Below, piece by piece: positions 26,458-37,289 of a stretch of DNA of 64,000 nucleotides. The DNA is from Bigelowiella natans CCMP2755. Lineage: Eukaryota > Protista > Cercozoa. The notes beneath the pieces were generated by a model. It saw nothing but the letters and a program-made list of their open reading frames with translations, was not told where the DNA came from and ran no database searches. The stretch lies in assembly GCA_000320545.1 (NCBI GenBank), contig ADNK01002345.1, forward strand, positions 11,173 through 75,172, given 5' to 3'. Made by a program: the position numbers and the translations under genes. Numbering within the stretch: the first letter of the stretch is position 1; the number at the start of each line of letters is the position of its first letter.

Positions 26458-27080
26458 TTTCAATACCAAACCATAATTTCCCCAACCTATGAGTCCTGGC
26501 TTTTTAAGACTCATTATACTTCAACAATTTCCAGCTGCTTTCCCCCGAAATTTATTTCGAAATGGTGGGTTTGGTTGACGCCCTCAAAACAGATGTGACG
26601 TTGCCGCTGGTAAGCATCTGGACTTTTAACATGCTCCCATCTCGTCGGCACGTATTGAATAATAGATTTTATTAATGACATAGGTACAGCTACTAAATTG
26701 GTGGGAAGGCATGACCCACTTTTGCTTCGCAATGATGTGCATAGCTGCAGCACAAGGGCCACTGGGCACTCAAAGAAAAGCAATTCAGTATGAGATTTTT
26801 CAAGCACTTTTCGTTTCCTAGCCCTCTCTCACGTACTTATATTTTATATTAGTGATATACATTTCTCTAATATGCGCTCGTTGTCAAAATCACTTTCGAA
26901 GATCAGGTTTCGACTCATCCAAATATTCTTCACTGCAACCATACAGATATGGAGTCATGCCATATTCAATGATGATGGGATATGGAGGATACAAGATTGG
27001 CCCATTCGTAAGGGTAAGGAAAACAGCAAACAATAGTATTATTGAAATTGTGGTATGCAAACTAAAGGAGTTTTAGGAAG
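26458..27080 (-). CDS. Possible small hypothetical gene (exon 26514-26820 plus flanking exons)
   Basis: Non-repetitive 97-aa ORF bounded by plausible AG/GT sites, with a short last exon VGEIMVWY*. No family recognised. Confidence 0.3.
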
Positions 27081-27609
27081 ATGCTAACGTTTAAATTGCT
27101 GAGCGATATTATTGATCTAAAGAAACAAAATTATGGACAGGACACCGCTACCAAGTATGCATTGTGGGGACTGGCATCTGTGTATTTTTTTGCTTCAATT
27201 CTTGTTCTCTATGGGCCATTCAAACCAAATAATCCAAAGGACGTTTCAAAGAAACAATGATTGGCTATGCTCACGAGAACAATGCAAAATGCAACATGTA
27301 CGACACAGTCACTTTTTCACACAATGAGCTCAGAACGCCTCGATCCTCTCAGGAGTAATCATTTGAGCTCCATGCCGTTCACATGCCATGTTGTGAGCGA
27401 ATGATTTTGTCGTACTGCAAAAGAATCGCACTCATCTAGACAGCATTGTGTTGATTGTGCGCGCACGGTTTCATGATTGCAACGATGTGCTTTTATTCAA
27501 TTTTGTGTTGTTGGACAAAAGCAAATCAACACTTTGTCCACACTGTGTACTTTGCAGTTCATGGACGCACAGCAGCACATGCATCATGCTAGCGTGATGC
27601 GCAGCTAAA

Positions 27610-28370
27610 CAGAACGCGCGTGCTAGCGTGGCACGCATGTCTAGATGTCTAGATGTGCTCATCGAACCACACGTCTAGACGTGCCTAGCGGGCTGTGTGC
27701 ACTGACTGACGTGGAGCAGATCTGATGCAGAGACGTGGTTTTCTGTCACCATTTTTGCATTTGAAAGCTGCCGTCATCAATGAATGCTGACACTAGCCGT
27801 CTAGCTGTGCTGTGCGTGTGCCTGCTGGCTAGCTCTGCTAGGCAGCTAGAGCTGCGGGTTTGCGTGTTCGATTTGTTCTTGATGCATTGAGAACAATCAA
27901 AGGAGCACTCGTCGGAGTTTGACACGTCCAACGGCATTTCCACGGGTGTTCCCATCGCAGGGTTCACCGTGCTCGATCGTTGATTGATCATTGATGATCA
28001 TTGTTGGTTCGTGTTCGTTTCGACGCTCCGGAAGGAAGTGCGCACTTGAGACTTGCAGTGCTAGCCAGCAAGCTGGAGATGCCTGGAATGTCAAACGCAC
28101 AGAGGACGTGCCCTCCAAACTTCAAATTGGGGGACGAACACGCTGGCCTTGACGAACACACACCGAAATCTAGCCACACGGACACAGCCACTGAACGAAC
28201 AAGTGAATGAAGCTGCAGTTCCACAGGAGTGATTGAAAAGATCACAGGTCACGCTGACTCATGAATGAATGAATGAATGAAGCAATTCCACTTCAAGCAG
28301 CTGAGAGGATCATGGGTCACGCTGACTGTGTGTGATCTCCCCCGTCCACACCGGGACGCTGACGCTCATG
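27610..28370. other. TpA-depleted intergenic domain 3
   Basis: Hand count: 12 TA in 760 bp, all 12 inside CTAG. Confidence 0.9.
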
Positions 28371-28479
28371 ATATTCAATGCCGGGCAATCCCGCAGAATT
28401 CCCCGATATTTACAGCTGAAGCTTTTAACCGAGATGGCTAAAGATCAGGGGAATTTAGCTTAGCAGATGTTTTTCTAAC

Positions 28480-29669
28480 TTGTCGCAACTGGCGAAAGGC
28501 CATAAATTTCGGACGATTAATCGTGCAATGGAGGCTGCCGCAAGTGCGCGCGCTAACTCCCACCCCACATCATCCTCAAATGATGAAACGGGGAAGGCAA
28601 CCTCGACGTCCTCACAGTCCGCTTCCATCAACGCCCAACCTTCATCCTCGATAGAATCTAGGCTCAAGGCATTAGATGGTGAGAAAAAGTTTAGAAGGGG
28701 GAGATTTTGCCTATCCAGTGTGCTCATCTCATTTTTCGATGCGGGGCATTTTGGCGGAATGCATTTAATATCGAAGAAATTTTAACGCTAGCAAAAAATG
28801 ATTTGAGTTAGGAATGTACAGTTTTTCCCAATAACCCTTAAAAATCCCTCTCACAACTTCATTCAATGATGAATTATCTGACGACGTTCGCCTGCCATTG
28901 CGATATTTAGCATTCGTATCGAATCCAAGTTCGTCCCAAAACGCGACCATTCCGGCAGAACTGAATGACATAATCAACGACATCGCAAATATTGGGAGTT
29001 CGCGGTGAGACAGGCATTTTAACTTTTTATCCATTCGGTGAATAAACTCGCTATTTCTTCCATAGATATCCCTGGAATAATCTGAAAGTATTGCTCAAAA
29101 GCAAGTTAGAAGAGGTGCTGGAGTTGTATAGAAAAGAAAAGTCCAAAACGACAAAAATAGACGGGGAAGACTTTGAAACTCGACATGATCGGGCCCTGAA
29201 GTATATATCGGATTTTAAGAGGTATCCGAAAGTACGTCATTTGGTTGCCTTCTGTGATTACAACCAACGTTATTTGCAGGCCGCCTTTTACGTTACAGAG
29301 GATGTGTGAGCTTCTCAAAGAACCGAAGCGATATTACAGTAATATCGAGAAATTTTTCCTAGCATTTTCAAAGGTGGGATTCTTTATTGATTACCCATTG
29401 ATTGCTGTAATTTGAGTGAGTATACATATTTGTAGATGGTTTGTGGCATTACGTATCCGGCAGAGGACTATGATGGAGAAAGGGGCGGATCAAAAAATGA
29501 AATGAAGATAGAAAAAACGAAGGAAGATACAATAGAAAGCCAAAAAGAAAAGGAGGATGTGGCGGTTAGCTCACCTTCGGAAAAGAAACCAAATCAAGAA
29601 GAGGAGCTATCAACTGAAACAACAATGGCAACAGAACAGGAACCCAAGCAAAATGAAGCCAAAAGATGA
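28480..29669 (+). CDS. PPP4R2: Protein phosphatase 4 regulatory subunit 2; start approximate
   Basis: Spliced exons give YPWNNLKVLLKSKLEEV and RPPFTLQRMCELLKEPKRYYSNIEKFFLAFSK (the PPFT.QR.CELL signature), followed by an acidic tail. Confidence 0.85.
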
Positions 29670-30002
29670 CTTCAATGATGTGGGATTTCAACAAACGAAA
29701 TCGAGGCCTACTGCTGGGACGCTTATTTAAAAAAGCCTTTTCGAGTCCTAAAGCGAATAGCATCCACAATTCTATAGATCAACCTGTAACCATGTGCACA
29801 TGGTTGGCATTGCCGTCGAATGAAATAAACTAAATTCCAATAAAGTACATTAAAAAATTGATATTCTGCTGTGATGACAGTTACTAATTCATAGAAATTT
29901 ATAGAGTGTATGAACAGTATTCGCGTGGCATCGCGCATGTTGTCTACGACGAATCATGCAGACTATCTCTATCTACACGCAAATTTATCAGAAAAGAACC
30001 AA

Positions 30003-30294
30003 GCGATTAAATAGATGAGACGGATGTAATGAAATGTTTAAATTGTATCAATGGTCATCCTAATGTAGCTATGCAATGCAGCGGCTACAGCGCTTAAATT
30101 GTATCTATTTGTTTCCTTGGTCACATGGCGCATGCATGAAAATGCATCCTGTTTTGGTCTAGCATGGCACGCTTTGCGCGCAGCTTCTCGACTAGTTTTC
30201 TCTGCGATTAAATAGATATATATGAGACGGATGTAATGAAATGTTTAAATTGTATCAATGGTCATCCTAATGTAGCTATGCAATGCAGCGGCTA
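30003..30294 (+). repeat. Direct repeat of ~85 bp (30003-30088 and 30204-30294)
   Basis: GCGATTAAATAGAT..GAGACGGATGTAATGAAATGTTTAAATTGTATCAATGGTCATCCTAATGTAGCTATGCAATGCAGCGGCTA occurs twice. Confidence 0.9.
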
Positions 30295-30882
30295 AATAGA
30301 TATATAGTTACAGCATTTGGCCTGTCCTGTGCATGAGATATTGATATACATGCACTATATGACCGAGCTGCCGTGCAGCTACATAATGATTTCGCTGTGT
30401 GTACGACATGATATGCACAACGTAAGACGGATGTAATGATATCAGTGATTAAATCTTTGCTATGCACAACGTAGACGAAGTGTTCTTTTACATGTGACGA
30501 GCGCTGATCGATGATAGACTTTATTAGTTTACATGTTGTCTATGGCATGAACGGGATATTTAATTATACCCATGCATGCACAGCACGAATTATGCGACGA
30601 TGCGCCACATAGATGCCTAATTAAGCTGCTTATAAGCATAAAGCGCCAGTTTTTCAAGTACTCGGTAAACTTACTTACCTAAAGCTACTAGCTGTTCGCT
30701 AGATAGATAGCAGAGGAGGTGAGTGCCTCTTCATAAAACATCTTTCTCACTTATAAACTCATGAATGATAGTAATTCATTCTCACCTATTCTGACAGTGT
30801 TTCAAGTGCATTACTAACGGGTTTACGAGCGCGAGGTCATGGCGCTCCACAAATCGAACATTTACGAAAGCTTATCATTCAA

Positions 30883-30965
<83 letters not shown>

Positions 30966-31064
30966 CATATGTATATATTATTTATATATCAAACATGTAC
31001 TGCTTGATAATTCTCAACACCTGAGCTATGATGATGTTTACTTTTTGATAAAATGTAGATAATG

Positions 31065-31606
31065 TTATCCCCCGGATTTGAATAAAAGCAGTGCCGACGG
31101 CCCATGACAGAAATATGCAAAGCTTTTCGTTTCATGTGTCACCTTTGCAACGTAATTTCTGCCTACGATACAGTGCCAGTTTGGTCTGGAAAGGATATAT
31201 CGGAATTAAAACATGCAAGTAGAATTGGTTTCTTAGATGTGCTACCCGTATCTATTATCGAACTCTGTCTTCACGAAGTTTGCTACTTCCTGATTAAATA
31301 CAAAAATGAGGCTAATAGATCATTCTTAAACACGTGAAGACGATACCGTCTGACTGCTAGGATATTTGTTGAAAGCCGCAGTGGCTATGCGAATTGCCTG
31401 TGTAAATGCACAAAACGCCAATGGATAAGATGAGTGCACTAGTTGGAAAATAGCAATATGACACACTTCTCTGCATCAATATCATGTATTAATTAGTTGT
31501 TAGAAACGGATTTGTATCTATTCAGGGCCATATTGATGTGTACACGCACCACTTCGAGCATCTTCTTCTCCATATCCGTCGACTTCACCTCTGTGTTGGC
31601 GGACAT
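31065..31606 (-). CDS. Dynein light chain LC8-family protein (4 exons; absent from the ORF track)
   Basis: Spliced: [19 protein letters not shown]|[17 protein letters not shown]|[15 protein letters not shown]|[39 protein letters not shown]. Confidence 0.9.
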
Positions 31607-32318
31607 CTTTTCTACTTCCTTACTTTACTCTGCACAACGAAAAGGTATATCATGCGAATGATGAGGGCGTACTCTGTCGTATTCATCTATACTGCAGGGA
31701 AGTTTAGTACTCAAGTAACCAGATTGACAATGCACGAGGAAGACCTTGGGGCGGTGGGGGAAACTGTCGTTTCAGGAAAGGTGACAAATCCTCGGGAATT
31801 TGGTATAAATTCAAAAGCGAAATGTGGCGTCCAGACCGGAAAACCCATCCGATTTTGCTGGATAAAATCGGTATACCACGCTTCCTCAGGGTTTAAATAC
31901 AATGCATTTGTCATTATTCATATGTCAAGAATATCACGCAGAGATCCTTACATCTCGGCCGTTGGTGATATCTTATCTTGATAAAGAGACATATTAAAAT
32001 TCTTGTCGTTATCAAATATAGAATGAAATTCCTGATAAAGATTACTATGTATAAATCTGAAACAACTGAAAAATAAAGACACTAGAAATTCGTAAAATCG
32101 ATCAATGTAGTTATGTCGTTATTTCACAAAGAAAAGAATTTTAGACTTATATGTCAACGAAATTATTGAAATAATCTGAGCGTTTGATCGTAGAAACTGA
32201 CTGCCCGTTGCCCTTCCCTTGCATTTTCTCCGCTTCGAAACAATCGCAAAATTTATCTCCCTCGCTCTCTGAGGATAATTTTACCAGGATACCGATCAAG
32301 ATAGAAACTAGATAGACA

Positions 32319-33069
32319 ATGCCATCTAAGAATAAAAAGAAGGATAAAAAAGACTACACAGCAACAGTGACAGACATGCCAACCGAGATCCAGGTACATA
32401 AATCTTAGACCTCTGAGATTCAACGGAAAAGAAACATCTCTGAAGAATATTTTTGTGGTTTTTCCATGAACAGGACTTCGCTTTAGAGACTGCACTCAAG
32501 GCTTTAGAAGATAAAAAATCTGAGAATGAGGTGTGCCAGTTTTGTAGTAATTTTTATAACAAATACAGAGATGTGAAAGAGAATGAAGAACTTGTGCGAT
32601 AAGTTTTATTTTACACAGTACCCAATCATCTTTTGAATGAATTAGCCATCTTTTAGAAGTTCGACCCTTTTCTAAGTTGACCAGCGATAAAATGATAAGG
32701 ACTTCACAGCTAATAAAACACTTCCCATCGGCATAGCCTTTGCATATCTCATCATATTTCCTGTCGAATAATGGCGAAACGAATCCCGCAAAAAAGAACT
32801 GACCTTCCTGTGAACTTCAATCAGACGGTGGCTCTGGTAAAGGAGGCTTTCGATCGCAAATATGGCCCCACATGGCATTGTATAATTGGGCGAAACTTCG
32901 GATCCAAGGTACAATAAATAACCGCTGAGTCACACAATAATTTACTTTACCAATGTAAATATTAAATTAGTGAGATTGGTTTTGCATTACTTAGGTTACG
33001 CACGAATCGAAAACGTTCTTGTATGTAAAATTGAACCAACAGCTAAAGATGCTTGTATTCAAATCGTAA
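32319..33069 (+). CDS. Dynein light chain LC8-family protein (4 exons; absent from the ORF track)
   Basis: Spliced: [25 protein letters not shown]|[19 protein letters not shown]|[28 protein letters not shown]|[24 protein letters not shown]. Confidence 0.9.
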
Positions 33070-33456
33070 CTGCTAGTGCTGGAAGATATGTATAAGGGGT
33101 AAAGCTTGTGTATATCCGCTAGCATGTACAGCTGATTACATGTAGACCCTTAGATTATTAAGAAATCTTATTATGTATTGTTCCTCAAGTAATTGAATTC
33201 GAAAGTACTTACAGTAAATGTACAATGTTTCGTTTAAATTTTAAGTAGTTGGTGGGCTGCTATCAGGTGTATGCACTTTGCATGTCTAGCAAGATGTACT
33301 TGTCGCGAACAGAATGTCACGCTCAGCTCTACATCTCTTGTAGGGGCATGTTGTATGTCCATCGTCGTCGCGCTGACTGTCAACTGTCACAACTGCTGCG
33401 TTCAATTTTGATTCGTTACTGTAATGTCGTACTTCTGTTAGTCTCCGCTACATGGT

Positions 33457-33753
33457 GTGTTTCATGCAATCAAATGCATGTTCTACTAGATGTTGTTTCG
33501 GTCTTGACTCATGAGTTGAATGTCGCGCATTTCGCGCAGCAGCAGTGTGTGTTTCCTTCTCATCGCGAGTCAATCTTTTCGTTTCGTCGTCGCGCATATC
33601 ACTGCATGTGATGTGTTTCATGCAATTAAATGCGCATGCTGTTTCGGTCTAGCTGCAATGTATGTCGCGCATTGTTTCGCGCAGCAGTTCGTGTTTTCTT
33701 CCACATGCAGCTGTCTTGTCAGATGTCAGTCTTTTCGTTTCGTCGTCGCGCAT
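33457..33753 (+). repeat. Diverged tandem duplication (~150-bp units)
   Basis: GTGTTTCATGCAAT.AAATGC...TGTTTCGGTCT...TGTCGCGCATT...TCTTTTCGTTTCGTCGTCGCGCAT is present twice. Confidence 0.8.
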
Positions 33754-33759
33754 CATTAT

Positions 33760-34480
33760 GCTAGCATGCTGGCATGCATGCTAGCATGGCAGTGAGCTGG
33801 TTCCTCAAGCGACGTTGATGTGTCATCACATGTGCACATGCATGGCGTGCAAATGGGCAAGAAAGCACAACACCACACGTGCATCAGCAGCTAGTGCTAG
33901 AGTGGGTGCATTGCGTTTGTGCATTTTGCGCGGCTCAGGCGGCGCCAGCAGCGATGATGCACAAAATGCTACGTCATGACCTGCTGAATTCATTTGCGAC
34001 CATGACTTTTGCTGATGCATGTCTGTGATGACTTGCACCATCCACGCGTGGCACCATGTGCTAGCTTGCTAGCTTGGGGTGGGTCCCACTTTTGCACACC
34101 ATCGTTTTGCCACGACTGCAGGACCACATGTGCTGCATGCGATCTAGCGATGATGGACATTGTTGCGATGCAACATGATCTAGTGATGTGCACACTTGGA
34201 CATGATGTCACTGCATGCACTACGTGTGACATCACTGTGTCCATCACTGCGTGCGCTAGTGCGTGCTGCGCACAAGCTACAAGGCACGGCGTGCGCGCGG
34301 ATCGGACAACTAGACAACCAGGACAAGCAGCACATTTGGACATGCCAAGTGGATCCCATGCAACAATGATGCACAACAAGACACATGTCCAGTTAGGCAA
34401 TGCCAGTTTGATTGCATTGCTACATGCAGGACACAGCTAGACAGCTAGATGGACAATCACAGCATGACTAAGCTCAGTAG
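33760..34480. other. TpA-depleted intergenic domain 4
   Basis: TA only in CTAG or half-sites (CTAC, CTAA, TTAG, GTAG). Confidence 0.85.
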
Positions 34481-35559
34481 ATGAAAAATCTGCTATTTCA
34501 AGGGAAGTTCGGCTCAATTTTCCAGGATTCTTCTTCTTCTTTTTCTCTCTCTTTTGTCCTAAAATTTTGGGGCACGTTTAGCAAGATCCTCATGCGTTGT
34601 AGATCACAGAGTCAGAAAGTCAGAAAAAAACATTGTCCATTGACCATCCAGTTGTTCTGTGCCTAGGCGCTAATCTAGCTAATGTTACTTTCTGAAGATG
34701 AGCGAAAGAGATCAATTCAGTGTTCAATGCATGAAATCAGTTAACTGTAGCATCTGGATCAAGCATCACTAAGATGTAAGAATAGACATTGCTACGGATG
34801 CGATAGGGGAGGGAAACTCTTCATTCTTTTCATTTGCCCTGCTCGAGTTTTCCCCTGCGAATAGCTCAAACTTTGAATTTTGATTGGTCCGTTCATCTTC
34901 CAGCTCCCAAACTATGCAACTACCCGGGGTTTGCCACGGGGGCTTGGAGGATGAAACATGAACTTTCGTTTGCGCCGCGGCACTTCATTTTTTGCCAATC
35001 ATCCCTGTCAGCGGTTTCCTGGAGCGAAGATACCTTTGACTCAATAATTTGAACACCAACATTGTTTAGTTGGTGCCTGATTGATTCACATGATGCCCGG
35101 ACTTGCAAAAAAATAGTAACACCTTGTTTCGCAGAACGAGCGGGACAAAAAATCTTGTAGTCACCGGGGGATTCTGCAGAGATATCGTCAGCCGAGAAGA
35201 AAACAGAGGAAAATCATGGGGGTTTTGCGAGGCTGTACAAGGCGAGAGCCACACGACATTTCCTGCCTCTGTTTTACCACTTGCTGGGACAGGTCAGATC
35301 AAACCGCGCCAAGGTTGCGTCGAGACCCCCGATATTCGGGACAGCTCTCAAGATGTCTCATGCTGTAATATCACTGCGACAAGGAAATTGTAAGCGGAGA
35401 AGTTCAAAAGGGAGGAAGCCTCTGAGATTGTTGGTCTGGGTTTCAGAAAAAGATCTGCTCTGTTTCCAACAAGAACTGAGACCATTACATCACCCCCTCC
35501 AAAACGAAGACGGGCAGACACACATACACCGCAATCGTCACCTGTAATAAACAAGAAAA

Positions 35560-36999
35560 ATGTCGAAAGCGGACGACAAGGTCGATTGTTCAAAAGTTGA
35601 CATAAGTTGACATATGCCCTTTCTGTAATGACAATTAGAAAATGTGTCTCGTCGACTTTAATTTATCAAAATGGATTCATTAGACGCGTCATTTAGATTC
35701 AAGTCATCATGCTGCTCTCATAGACAAGCCAAGCGGGGATTTCACATAGATAATCATTATTTTTTCAAATAACAGAAAACGGTCAAGTCAGACATTCATA
35801 AGCTCACTGAGCAGCTGCACAAGCTCAGAGCAGTAGACACGTATGATGAAGCAGATCAACCTCTTGGGATAGAAGCTAAGGCTTCAGGAATTTCAGGCCC
35901 ATCCTCGTGCGTTTTAAAACAGAGGTTGGAATATAATAAGAAATGTATGGCATAATATTAATACGATTCACGTACAACGATTATTTCTATGAAGATTGAC
36001 ACGAGTAACGTAAACGATTTTTCTATTCTTAAGACGCGTCCTCCGTGGACACTTCGGAAAAATCTATGCAATGCATTGGGCACAGGGCCGAAACCACAAT
36101 CTAGTATCTGCATCTCAAGATGGAAAGTTGATCATTTGGAATGCCTTCACCACGAATAAGATCCATGCGATTCCACTACGATCCTCTTGGGTTATGACAT
36201 GCGCCTATTCCCCGTCCTCTAGATACGTTGCTTGTGGAGGTTTAGATAATTTGTGCTCTATTTTCGCGGTTCCCGAGACGGGAAAGGAAGGACCAAAGAA
36301 TAAGGTGAACATTTTTATTCTTTTGTGGATCTAAAAAATTAATCTAATCCATTTTTTTCTCATGATTGGTAGGTATACTGCGAGCTTGCTCAACATGAAG
36401 GATATCTTTCATGTTGCCGCTTCATAGATGACAAGAGAATTATCACATCATCCGGGGATTCTTCGTGCATTTTGTGGAACGTAGAACAGCGTAGTCCTGA
36501 GTTACAATTCAATGATCACACAGGAGACGTGATGAGTGTCTCAATAATGAAGGACACCCACCTCTTCGTTTCAGGATCTTGTGATTCAATGTCAAAACTG
36601 TGGGATTATCGTGAAAAAAAAGCATGTGTCATGACTTTCCCAGGACATGAATCTGACATCAATTCAGTAGATTTCTTTCCGGATGGTAACGCATTTGCTA
36701 CTGCTTCGGACGATTCCACTTGTCGCCTTTTTGACATAAGGGCTTATAGACAGGTGCAGCGGTATGCTAATGAAAAAATTCTATGCGGAATTACATCGGT
36801 CGCTTTCTCGAGATCTGGGAAGCATTTGTTTGCAGGATACGATGACTACAACTGCTACGTATGGGATACAATAACTGGAGTCAATACTCAACAACTTGCT
36901 GGTCACGAAAATCGTGTCAGTTGTTTAGGTGTACATCCACAAGGACAAGCATTGTGCACAGGCAGTTGGGACACGTTGTTGAGGGTGTGGTCAGTATAG
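35560..36999 (+). CDS. GNB: Heterotrimeric G-protein beta subunit (4 exons)
   Basis: Exons give MSKADDK|KTVKSD...|[15 protein letters not shown]...[34 protein letters not shown]...[14 protein letters not shown]...[12 protein letters not shown]...[11 protein letters not shown]. Confidence 0.97.
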
Positions 37000-37198
37000 T
37001 ACATCCCTACACTTGTAGATCTTAATTACACGATCAAGATCAATAATGTTCAGCACGTAATGACATAGACGAATTTGTAGCATAACATGATCTAGACATT
37101 CTCTTGCATGCCAAAAGGGTGCAACAGACAAAGAGAGACAATGGCAGACAAAACGATGCAGATGATGAATTGCACACACACACATGCACACACACATG

Positions 37199-37230
<32 letters not shown>

Positions 37231-37289
37231 CTAGACAAGCTAAATGTAGCTACAATGGGCTTTCTATTCGAGTTTGTCCTTTTGTTTGC

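Noticed and set aside
27610-28370. CpG methylation decay or fungal RIP as the explanation for TG/CA excess
   Set aside because: CpG remains frequent and TpA is lost rather than gained, contrary to both processes.
33826-34440. His/Cys-rich ORFs on both strands (also 27.7-28.2, 38.1-38.9 and 40.0-41.2 kb)
   Set aside because: They are a by-product of TA loss (no TAA, few TAG, no Tyr). No family motifs or convincing splice structure.
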